Shown piece by piece: positions 16,782 to 27,765 of a stretch of DNA of 64,000 nt (position 1 is the first letter of the stretch; the number at the start of each line of letters is the position of its first letter). Source of the stretch: an uncultured Verrucomicrobiae bacterium (lineage in GTDB: Bacteria > Verrucomicrobiota > Verrucomicrobiia > Chthoniobacterales > JAATET01); contig CAVRCI010000013.1 in NCBI GenBank assembly GCA_963719495.1, positions 32,001 through 96,000 on the forward strand, written 5' to 3'. The notes beneath the pieces are model-generated. The model saw only the letters and a program-made list of their open reading frames with translations, was not told the DNA's origin and ran no database searches. Both the position numbers and the translations under genes were made by a program.

Positions 16782-17352
16782 GGCTGTGATCGAAAACGCG
16801 TCCTGATCGGAAGAAGAATCTCGTGAACGCCAACAACGTCTGACCGAGGGGACGGCAGGAGCTGGCGACGAGTCCGTGGGAGATCGCCACGGTCCAAGGC
16901 CTCGCAGCATCGGGTCTCCCGCCTCATCCAGACGCCCCCCCAATTCCCGCGGAGTCGACCGATAAAACGTAACGGCCGTTACGTTTTATCGGGAGCGGAT
17001 TCATTCGTTCATTCGCTCGCTCGCTCGCCACTCCCCGTCCGGGGACCCCCGGATCCGCGGCTTTCCGACGGGCAAGCTCCGGTTCGCCAGCAGTAAGGCC
17101 CGGGCTCTTCCGAGGACCTCGCCACAGATCCATTACCTGGAAAATGTGACGTCCGTCACATTTTCCAGGTAATGGATTGGTGGGGCGCTCTGCCGCCAAC
17201 TCCGAGGGTAGCCGGAGATTTGCTTTTCCGCGCGGGTGGTATCATGGCCACCCAAGGGTGGCTTTACTCGCGGCTCGACGCGGGCTGGCTCGTTGATCCC
17301 AATCTCACTCGCACCTTTGGGCTCAGCCTTGGACGCACTTTCAATCACACCC
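16782..17352. mobile_element. ~570-bp MITE-like element, copy 1
   Basis: Closely similar to 30337..30910 over its whole length; imperfect terminal IRs GGCTGTGATCGAAAACGCGTCC / GGACGCACTTTCAATCACACCC; no transposase ORF. Confidence 0.8.
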
Positions 17353-17407
17353 TGATCCCGCGCCCATTTCTAATTTCGCATTCCGCATTTCTAATTTAAG
17401 AGAAGCC

Positions 17408-17788
17408 ATGGTCAAAAAGCTCCTGCACACCCGCTACCGCGTCACCGACCTCGATCTCAACATCGCCTTCTACCGCGACGTCCTGGGTCTTGAGCAGACC
17501 CGCCGCTCGACCAGCGGGCGCGGGTCGGAACTCGTCTTCTTCAAAGCCCCGGGCAGTGAGGAAGAAATCGAAATCTGCAAGTTCGACGAAAGCGGTCCCG
17601 TCCAGGTCGGCCCCGACCTCACGCACCTCGCCTTCGAAGTCGAAGACATGGACGCTTTCGCCGCCCACGCGGAGAAACTCGGCTTCCCGCTCAGCGACGG
17701 CCCGACGAAGACTTCGAGCGGTTCGATCATCGCCTTCATCGACGCGCCCGACGGCTACGAAGTGGAACTCATTCAGCCCGCCCCCTGA
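17408..17788 (+). CDS. gloA: Lactoylglutathione lyase / VOC family
   Basis: LLHTRYRVTDL...FYRDVLG, HLAFEVED, AFIDAPDGYEVELIQ. Confidence 0.85.
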   Translation: MVKKLLHTRYRVTDLDLNIAFYRDVLGLEQTRRSTSGRGSELVFFKAPGSEEEIEICKFDESGPVQVGPDLTHLAFEVEDMDAFAAHAEKLGFPLSDGPTKTSSGSIIAFIDAPDGYEVELIQPAP

Positions 17789-17941
17789 CTCGGATCGCGA
17801 ATCGATCCCGGCGAACCCAGGGTGCAAATCCGGTTGGTCCCACGTTCCCAAGACTCCCCCAAACCTTCGGAACTCCCCCTCCCAACCGGACTGCTTCCTG
17901 AATACAACTTCTTATTCAGCACCCACCGTGCCAATTCTCCG

Positions 17942-20336
<2,395 letters not shown>

Positions 20337-20350
20337 CACCCACCATCAGC

Positions 20351-21091
20351 CTGCCCACCCCCAGTCCCTTCGAAAGTTTTCCCGCCACCGGGTTCCTCGC
20401 CCCGATCTTCGAAAGCGCCGACACCGCGCACGTCACCCCCGAAGCCCTCGACGCCAAGCTCGTCGTCGGCTGGCGGCACTTCGGCGCGCGCTTCTTCCGC
20501 TGCAATTTCTCGCTTCAGGACGATCAAGTCTGCGGCATCCTCCCGCTCCGCATCCCCGTCGCCGACTTCGCTCCCAGCAAAAGCCAACGCCGCGTCCAGC
20601 GCCGCAACGCCGACCTCGAAGTCCGCGTCGTCCCAGCCGTCCTCACCCCCGAATTCCACGACCTCTTCGAGCGCCACAAAACCCGGTTTCACGACAACGT
20701 CCCCGATTCCCTCCACGATTTCGTCGATCCGCACCCGGCCGCCATTCCCACCGACACCCGAGCGATCGAAGTGCGCGCCGAAGGCCGCCTCATCGCCGCG
20801 AGTTTCCTCGACATCGGCGGCGATTCCGCCTCCAGCGTCTACGGCATGTTCGACCCGGAATTTTCCGCCCGCAGCCTCGGTATCCTCACGATCCTGCACG
20901 AACTCGAGACCGCCGCCACCCTCGGCAAGCACCACTATTACCTCGGCTACTCCTACACCGTCCCGTCCCCGTACGATTACAAAAGCCGGTTCGCCCCGCT
21001 CGAAGCCTACGACTGGAACGTCGGCTGGAAACCCTACCCCCACGGCCTCCGCTGGTCCCGCCAAGTCGCCCAACCGCCAGCTCGAGAATAA
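20351..21091 (+). CDS. Arginyl/aminoacyl-tRNA-protein transferase (ATE/Bpt family); start uncertain
   Basis: GWRHFG, FAPSKSQRRVQRRNADL, SSVYGMFDPEFSARSLG, YYLGY, YKSRFAPLE. Start placed tentatively at a CTG. Confidence 0.8.
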   Translation: MPTPSPFESFPATGFLAPIFESADTAHVTPEALDAKLVVGWRHFGARFFRCNFSLQDDQVCGILPLRIPVADFAPSKSQRRVQRRNADLEVRVVPAVLTPEFHDLFERHKTRFHDNVPDSLHDFVDPHPAAIPTDTRAIEVRAEGRLIAASFLDIGGDSASSVYGMFDPEFSARSLGILTILHELETAATLGKHHYYLGYSYTVPSPYDYKSRFAPLEAYDWNVGWKPYPHGLRWSRQVAQPPARE

Positions 21092-21152
21092 CCAAGTGCC
21101 CCGAGGAGCCGAGGTTGCGACCGCCACAAATTTCGCCATAGTCTCCGCCGAA

Positions 21153-22070
21153 GTGAAAGCAACCCGGTGGCTCCCAACCCTCGCGCTTATTGCCATCACC
21201 GCCGCCCCGCCCGCCACCGCCCAGACCTCCGACCCCGTCGCGGACTCACTCGCCCTCCTCCGAGCCCAAAAAGCAAACGAACAACCAGCGGCCCCCACGA
21301 CGCCGCCCCCCACCCATCACCAATCACCCATCACCAATCACGCGCCAGCTCCCGCCCCCGCGCCACCCCCCCGCCCGGAGCCGCTCGAAATCTTCTCCGC
21401 CATCGCCGCCGAAGACGCCACCTGGCTCGCCCGCCTCCTCGCCGCCGACGTCGACCCGAATCAGCCCTTCCCCAAGCCCGGCCCGAGCGACTTCACGCAA
21501 TACTACGCCGGCACCGACCTCCACTACTACCTCCGCACCGAACCCGGCTTCACGCCCCTCATGTTCGCCGCCACCATCGGCAACGAACCCGCCGTCCGCA
21601 CCCTCCTTGAGCAAGGCGCCAGCAAAGGCCGCCTCACCGACCGCTCCAAGACCTCCGCCCTCTACCTCGCCGCCCGCGCCGGCCACATCGGGATCATGCA
21701 AATCCTCATGGGCATTACCCCCGACTCCGACGTCGCCCAATACCGCATCCACGTCAGCCTCGGCGACCAGCGAGTCGTCCTCTGGAAGGGCGAAAAGATC
21801 ATCCTCTTCTCGAAAATTTCCTCCGGCAAGGAATCCACCCCCACCGAACCCGGCACCTACCTCGTCACCAGCAAACACCGCGACCACACCTCGACCCTCT
21901 TCGACGCGAAGATGCCGTATTTCATGCGCTTCTCGTGCGGTGATTTCGGCCTCCACGCCGGCGAACTCCCGGGCTACGCCGCCAGCCACGGCTGCATCCG
22001 CATGCCTCTAAGAGACGCCAAGGAGTTCTACAACGCCACCCCCATCGGCACCCTGGTCGTGGTCGACTAA
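21153..22070 (+). CDS. Ankyrin-repeat L,D-transpeptidase (YkuD) family protein
   Basis: Signal peptide, ankyrin motifs GFTPLMFAA and SALYLAARAGH, C-terminal GLHAG...ASHGCIRM catalytic motif. Confidence 0.9.
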   Translation: MKATRWLPTLALIAITAAPPATAQTSDPVADSLALLRAQKANEQPAAPTTPPPTHHQSPITNHAPAPAPAPPPRPEPLEIFSAIAAEDATWLARLLAADVDPNQPFPKPGPSDFTQYYAGTDLHYYLRTEPGFTPLMFAATIGNEPAVRTLLEQGASKGRLTDRSKTSALYLAARAGHIGIMQILMGITPDSDVAQYRIHVSLGDQRVVLWKGEKIILFSKISSGKESTPTEPGTYLVTSKHRDHTSTLFDAKMPYFMRFSCGDFGLHAGELPGYAASHGCIRMPLRDAKEFYNATPIGTLVVVD

Positions 22071-22870
22071 ACCGCCCGCTCGGCAAAAACCTCCCGCCGC
22101 ACCCGCCCCCACCCATCGAACCCCGCCACCGCCGCGAACCGCAACGTCAGCACGACCCCCAGCGCCATCACCGCCAGGATCGCGAACATGATCACGATCT
22201 GATACTTGATCGCCCCCATCGGCGAAGCCCCCGCCAACATTTGCCCCGTCATCATCCCCGGCAGCGACACGATCCCGATCGTCATCATCGTTGCAATCAT
22301 CGGCCGCAACGCCCGCCGCGCCGATTCCCGGTAAACCGGTCGCAGCGCCTCCTCCCGCGTCGCCCCGTTCGCCAGCCGATACTCGTATTCCGCCGCCCCG
22401 CGACCCCGAGCCGTCTCGAAAAAATGCGTCAGCGCCACGATGTTCCCCGACATCGTATTGCCCAGCAGCATCCCGCTGATCACCACCAGATACCGAGCGT
22501 CCAGCAGCCGGTCGATCCGCACGATCACGCCGTTGAAATACAACACCACCGCCAGCGCCGAGATCGCCGTCGCCCCGCCGACCGGCCCCAGCATCCGCCG
22601 CCACCGCAGGTCGCTGTTCCGACAAGCGCTCGCCGCCGCCGCCGTGATCATCACCAGCAACCAGGCCAGATTCAGCCACCCGGAATTCAGATCGAACAAA
22701 AACTGCAGGTAGATCCCCGCCAACACCAACTGCGCCACCATCCGCCCCCCCGCAATCCCGATGTCCCGCATCAGTCCAAGCCGCCACATCCACGACACGC
22801 CCAGCGGCAAAGCCACCAGCGCCACCGCCGCCGCCATCTGCCACCACCCCAGATCCGGAGCCCCGCCCAT
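22067..22870 (-). CDS. FetB/YbbM (UPF0014) ABC permease
   Basis: RMVAQL, GMLLGNTM, TIGIVSLPGMMTGQMLAGASPMGAIKYQI. Confidence 0.9.
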   Translation of the reverse strand: MGGAPDLGWWQMAAAVALVALPLGVSWMWRLGLMRDIGIAGGRMVAQLVLAGIYLQFLFDLNSGWLNLAWLLVMITAAAASACRNSDLRWRRMLGPVGGATAISALAVVLYFNGVIVRIDRLLDARYLVVISGMLLGNTMSGNIVALTHFFETARGRGAAEYEYRLANGATREEALRPVYRESARRALRPMIATMMTIGIVSLPGMMTGQMLAGASPMGAIKYQIVIMFAILAVMALGVVLTLRFAAVAGFDGWGRVRREVFAERAV

Positions 22871-22970
22871 CACGCGAGTCCTCCGACCTCGCAACGAGTC
22901 CGGGGAGCGCGGGCTTCCAGCCCGCCGCTTCGACCTTCCAGGTCGGAGCCTCGTTCCCAAAAGCGAAGCT

Positions 22971-23618
22971 TCACTCCCTCCCCCCGACGTTCGAGCCGCG
23001 CCCCTCTCCCAGCGGCATCGAAACCACCCTTGCCCCCGGATCCCAAGCCTCATCGTGCGAGATCACCACCACGGCGCAATCCGCCGGCAATTTCGCGAAG
23101 CGCCCCACCACTGCCCGTCTCGATTCCACATCCAAAGCCGCCGTCGGCTCATCCAGCAAAAAAACCTTCCGCCCCAACGTCAAGGCAATCGCCAGCCCCA
23201 CCCGCTGACGCTCCCCACCCGACAACCCCGCTATATCCTGTCCAAGCACCGCCCGAGCCAGCCCCAAATCCTCGATAACCCGATCATCGAAGTCCCGCCC
23301 CCGATTCGCCCGACACCCCAACACCGACTCGATCGCCGCCCGCACCGTCCCCGCTCCGAGCGCCACCGCCTGCGGCACGTAAGCCACCTCCCGCCTCACC
23401 GCCCACACGGAATCCGTATCCACCGCGCGCCCCCGAAAAAACACCGCCCCCGCGTCCACCGCTTCGAACCCGAGCAACACCCGAAACAAAGTCGATTTCC
23501 CCACCCCCGAAGCCCCTCGAATCACCACCCGCTCCCCCTCCGCCACCGCGAGCGAAAAATCCCGAAGCACAACCCGCCCCCCAAACCCCAAAGTCACCCC
23601 CCGCCACTCGATCACCAT
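22971..23618 (-). CDS. FetA/YbbL-like ABC ATP-binding protein
   Basis: GASGVGKST, LSGGERQR, LLDEPTAALD; directly upstream of the FetB-like gene. Confidence 0.9.
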   Translation of the reverse strand: MVIEWRGVTLGFGGRVVLRDFSLAVAEGERVVIRGASGVGKSTLFRVLLGFEAVDAGAVFFRGRAVDTDSVWAVRREVAYVPQAVALGAGTVRAAIESVLGCRANRGRDFDDRVIEDLGLARAVLGQDIAGLSGGERQRVGLAIALTLGRKVFLLDEPTAALDVESRRAVVGRFAKLPADCAVVVISHDEAWDPGARVVSMPLGEGRGSNVGGRE

Positions 23619-23646
23619 CCCACCCGAACCGCCCCCCACGCACCAC

Positions 23647-23678
23647 CTGTCATGCTGAGCGAAGCGAAGCATCTCTGG
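23647..23678. repeat. REP-like repeat (TGTCAT..TGAGCGAAGCGAA..ATCT family)
   Basis: CTGTCATGCTGAGCGAAGCGAAGCATCTCTGG; related copies at 39034 and, inverted, at 39116. Confidence 0.75.
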
Positions 23679-23796
23679 CTGACACTCCCCACCGCCCGCC
23701 AAGCGACCAGATCACCAAACCCCGAATCCCCCCCACACCACGCGATCATCACCTCATCCACCCCTTGGCGTTCTCCGCGTTCTTCGCGCGAAACCA

Positions 23797-24948
23797 TCAA
23801 ATCTCCAAATTCTTCGGAAACCGACTCAACACCCGGTTCCCAGCTTCCGTCACCACCACCACATCCTCGTGCCGCACGCCCCCAATCCCCGGCACGTAGA
23901 TCCCCGGCTCCACCGTCATCACCTGCCCCGCCCGAAACGTCGTTTTCGAGATCCGCGGCTCCTCGTGAATCTCCAACCCCAGCCCGTGCCCGAGCCCGTG
24001 GAAAAACCCCGTCCACCGCCCGTCCCGCTGCTCCGTCGGAAATCCCTCCTCCTCGAAAAAATCCCGCACCGCGTCCTGCAACTCACCCCCCGCGACACCC
24101 GGAGCGATCGTCTTCAGCGCCCACCGCTGACCCGCCAGACACACCTCCCACATCTCCCGCTGCGCCTCCGACGCCCGCCCCCGCACCACCGTCCGCGTCA
24201 TGTCCCCGAAAAATCCCGTCGCCGTCACCCTCGGAAACACGTCCAGAATGATCAACTCGTTCCCCCGCAGCGGTCCCCGCCCCCGCTCGTGCGGATCGCA
24301 AGCCTGCTCGCCGCCCGCCACGATCGTGTGATTCCCCCCGATCCCGCCCGCCGCCAGCATCGCCGACTCGATCACCCCCCGCACCGCCTCCGCCGTCAGC
24401 TCCACCTTCCCCCGCACCAGCACCCCATCCCTCTTCCGAATTTTCGCCGCCCGCAGCACATCCACGCCCGCTTGCAGCCCAATCTCCGTCACCCGCAGCG
24501 CCGCCGAAATGAGTTTCAGTTCCCCCGCCGTCTTCGTCTCCCGATCCGGCCAGAAATGCCCCGCCACCGGAGTCACCGCCACCCCCAGCTTCCCCAAGCC
24601 CACCGCCATCCCCAAAGGAAAATCCCCCGGCACCTTCGCCCGTTTCACCCCGCGCTCGCGCAGAAACGCCGCCACCACCTCCGCAAACGAAGGCTCCTTC
24701 CGCCCCCGCCGCGCCGCCTTCACCCGCTCCGCCACGTCGCTGTAGCTCACCACCTCGTCCACCCGCGCCTCCCGCCGACCCCGATCCACCTCGAGATCGC
24801 TCAACAAAGCCGCCGACCGCCCCCCCACCTCGACAAACGCAAACGGATCCGGCACCGAAAACCCCGTCGCGTAGAGCATATCCGCACTCGCCTCGCTCGA
24901 AGCCACGATCAACTTCGCCCCATTTTTCCTTTCTTTCACAACGGCCAT
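23797..24948 (-). CDS. Xaa-Pro aminopeptidase (M24B)
   Basis: DMTRT, HGLGHGLGLEIHEEP, TVEPGIYVPGIGGVRHED. Confidence 0.95.
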   Translation of the reverse strand: MAVVKERKNGAKLIVASSEASADMLYATGFSVPDPFAFVEVGGRSAALLSDLEVDRGRREARVDEVVSYSDVAERVKAARRGRKEPSFAEVVAAFLRERGVKRAKVPGDFPLGMAVGLGKLGVAVTPVAGHFWPDRETKTAGELKLISAALRVTEIGLQAGVDVLRAAKIRKRDGVLVRGKVELTAEAVRGVIESAMLAAGGIGGNHTIVAGGEQACDPHERGRGPLRGNELIILDVFPRVTATGFFGDMTRTVVRGRASEAQREMWEVCLAGQRWALKTIAPGVAGGELQDAVRDFFEEEGFPTEQRDGRWTGFFHGLGHGLGLEIHEEPRISKTTFRAGQVMTVEPGIYVPGIGGVRHEDVVVVTEAGNRVLSRFPKNLEI

Positions 24949-25003
24949 CAGGCCGCATTCTGCCTCTCAACTTTCAACTCTCAACCCTCAACTTTCCTCA
25001 CCC

Positions 25004-25846
25004 ATGCACCGCTGGACCCGCCTCACCACCGCCAAATGGGAAGACTCCTGGGCCGAACGCCTCAGCTTCCTCGGCCCCGACCGCGTCGCGTTCACCACCT
25101 GGCCCAACGGCAAAACCGTCCGCATCGAAGCCTTCGTCGAAGAAATAACCGCCGCCAAGCTGGTCTCCGAATTCGGCGGCAAAGTCGCCAAGGCCCCCCT
25201 CTGGACCGGCGACCCCGTCACCCCCCGCGCTCCCCTCCAGATCCGCGGGCGCCTCACCGTCTACCCCGACGCCGCCAGCTTCGCCGAGTGGCAGACCGCC
25301 CCCCCGGGACCGCGGAAGAAACCCGGCATCCACGTCCCCGCCGGCATGGCCTTCGGCACCGGCGACCACGCCACCACCGCCAGTTGCCTGCGCATGCTCG
25401 CCGACCTCACCGCCGATCTCCCGCCCAACTGGACCGCCCTCGACGCCGGCACCGGCTCCGGCATCCTCGCCCTCGCCGCCCGCGCCCTCGGAGCCACCTC
25501 CGTCGAAGCCTTCGACAACGACCCCGCCTGCGTCCGGATCACCAAGGAGAACGCCCAACTCAACGCAATCACCAAAATCAAAGTCACTCGAGCCGACGTC
25601 ACCACCTGGAACCCAAAAACCCAACACGACCTCGTCCTGGCGAACCTCTTCAGCGAACTCCTCATCCGCGTCATCCCCACGCTCCGAGCCGCCGCCAAGC
25701 CCCACGGCCACCTCATCTTCTCCGGAGTCCTCCGAGACCAACTCGAAGAAGTCACCACCGCGCTCAAAGCCCACGGCTACCAAATCCACCGCACCGTCGT
25801 CCGAGGCAAATGGTCCGCCGGCCACGCTCAACTCGAAAAGAGCTGA
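25004..25846 (+). CDS. prmA: 50S ribosomal protein L11 methyltransferase
   Basis: AGMAFGTGDHATT, LDAGTGSGILA, DLVLANL, LIFSG. Confidence 0.9.
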   Translation: MHRWTRLTTAKWEDSWAERLSFLGPDRVAFTTWPNGKTVRIEAFVEEITAAKLVSEFGGKVAKAPLWTGDPVTPRAPLQIRGRLTVYPDAASFAEWQTAPPGPRKKPGIHVPAGMAFGTGDHATTASCLRMLADLTADLPPNWTALDAGTGSGILALAARALGATSVEAFDNDPACVRITKENAQLNAITKIKVTRADVTTWNPKTQHDLVLANLFSELLIRVIPTLRAAAKPHGHLIFSGVLRDQLEEVTTALKAHGYQIHRTVVRGKWSAGHAQLEKS

Positions 25847-25850
25847 AAAA

Positions 25851-27182
25851 TCACACCACCAAATCCTCCTCCGGACCCACCTCCGCGCCCGGAGCCCCCG
25901 CCCGTCCCATCGCCGCCAACCCCAGTGACACCACCCCCACCCGCCCCACGAACATCAGCGTGATCAGCACGCACTTCCCCGCCGCCGACAAATCCCCCGT
26001 AATCCCCCGACTGAGCCCCACCGTCCCCAGCGCCGATCCCACCTCGAACACCACGTTCTCAAACGTGTGTTGAGTGTCCACCAGCAACATCGCGATCGCC
26101 CCGCCCGCGAAAACGAGCAGATACATCGTCATCGCCGCAAACGCCGCCTGCAGCCGATGCGTCGGGAGCCGACTCCCGAAGAACGTAATCTCCTTCCGCC
26201 CCCGCACCGCACTCCAGGTCGCCGCCAACCCCGCCGACCACGTCGTGCTCTTCAACCCGCCACCCGTTCCACTCGGCGAAGCCCCCAGGATCATGAGAAT
26301 CACCGTCATCAGAATCGCCGCCCCCGCCAGATTCCCGATCGGCACCGAGTTGAACCCCACCGTCGTCAAAGCCGACATCGACTGAAAAAACGACGCCATC
26401 CCCCGCTCACCGAGCGGTAATTCCCGCATCAGCGGATCGAAAAAAATGACCACCGCCCCGAGCACCAATCCGCCCCCCGTCGCCGTCAGAATGATCCGCG
26501 TCGTCAAAGTCATCCGCCGACCCCGCCGCAACTTCAGCCACAAATCACTGCTCACGATGAACCCACACGCCCCGGCCAGACTCAGAATCGACACGATCGC
26601 GTTCACCGCCACGTCCCCCCGGAATCCCTCCAAACTATCCGGAAAAACGCTGAACCCCGCCGTGCAGAACGCCGACACCGAGTGAAAGATCGCCGGCCAA
26701 AGCGGCGACTCCACCCCCGCCTGCGAAAACGCCACCCACAGCCCCAGCGCCCCCAACACCTCCAGCCCCAGCGTAAACGCCACCGCCTGACGAATGAAAT
26801 CCCCCGTGTCGAAATCATCCGGCATCGCGAAGACCACCCGCCCGATCCGCACCCGCGATTCATCCATCGCCCGCCGAGTCGCCATGATCATGAACGACCC
26901 AAAGGTCATGTAACCCAGCCCCCCGACCTGAATCCCCACCAGCAGCACCAGCTCCCCCCAGAACCCATAGGCGTCCGGCGTATTCACCGTCACCAACCCC
27001 GTCGTGCTCACCGCCGACACCGCCATGAACAAATTGTCCAAGACCCCCACCCGCTCCCCCGCCCACATGAACGGAATGCAAAGCAGCCCGGCGATGCAGA
27101 CCGCGTAAAACGCGTAGCCCATCGTCACCACCTGCACCGGACTCAACCGCCCCACCATCTCCCGCACCCGCATCAGCATCAT
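25851..27182 (-). CDS. TrkH/KtrB family cation transporter membrane subunit
   Basis: Pore-loop motifs SAVSTTGL, SAFCTAGFS, GASPSGTGGGLK, SALGTVGLSRG. Confidence 0.93.
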   Translation of the reverse strand: MMLMRVREMVGRLSPVQVVTMGYAFYAVCIAGLLCIPFMWAGERVGVLDNLFMAVSAVSTTGLVTVNTPDAYGFWGELVLLVGIQVGGLGYMTFGSFMIMATRRAMDESRVRIGRVVFAMPDDFDTGDFIRQAVAFTLGLEVLGALGLWVAFSQAGVESPLWPAIFHSVSAFCTAGFSVFPDSLEGFRGDVAVNAIVSILSLAGACGFIVSSDLWLKLRRGRRMTLTTRIILTATGGGLVLGAVVIFFDPLMRELPLGERGMASFFQSMSALTTVGFNSVPIGNLAGAAILMTVILMILGASPSGTGGGLKSTTWSAGLAATWSAVRGRKEITFFGSRLPTHRLQAAFAAMTMYLLVFAGGAIAMLLVDTQHTFENVVFEVGSALGTVGLSRGITGDLSAAGKCVLITLMFVGRVGVVSLGLAAMGRAGAPGAEVGPEEDLVV

Positions 27183-27640
27183 CGTCGCCCCGTTTAGTCA
27201 GCCAAACGAACACCCGCAATGATCCGGATGTTCGGATTCAGCGAAAAATTACGTCCCAGCGGCATCGAGCCAATCACCAGTCAAAAAATCTCCTGAAAGT
27301 CGATGCCAAATCGACGACGGACGAGCCAAGACTCCAGAAAAAGAATGCCCAAGGCCAACCCCAGCTCGTCACGTTGGAGGCGGCGCTCCCCGCACGCTGG
27401 CGATAGCCGCCGCCTGCGAACCGAGCGTCGAAGTCCACCCGGCATCGCCCGCCAATTCGCTCGGAATGCGAGTTTCACCCATCGTTCCCTGCTCTCCTCC
27501 ATCCGGCCTGACCCGCAATCTCGGAGTGGACAGGATTTACATTCCAGAGTTCCGCACCGTCGGTGCCGACGTTGCCATCGCCATCGAGGAAGCTGGCAAA
27601 CTTGCCCACAGCCCTCCGGAGCTCATTGGCGAATGAGGGG

Positions 27641-27711
27641 AGCGGGTGAAGGGAATCGAACCCTCGTGTGCAGTTTGGAAGACTGCCGTTCTACCATTGA
27701 ACTACACCCGC
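27641..27711 (-). tRNA. tRNA-Gly (TCC), CCA not encoded
   Basis: GCGGGTGTAGTTCAATGGTAGAACGGCAGT-CTTCCAA-ACTGCACACGAGGGTTCGATTCCCTTCACCCGCT, followed by CCC. Confidence 0.95.
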
Positions 27712-27765
27712 GTTTGAAGAGCGGAAATCATGCCCGGTTTCGGCGGGAAGTCAATCCCGGCTCGC

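Noticed and set aside
16924..17399. Small ORFs within the repeat element (also 30295..31059)
   Set aside because: Indels between the two copies break these frames, and none has a protein motif.
27281..27502. Possible IS200/TnpA C-terminal remnant near tRNA-Gly
   Set aside because: Only a vague resemblance at RRFGIDF; no HUH or catalytic Tyr motif.
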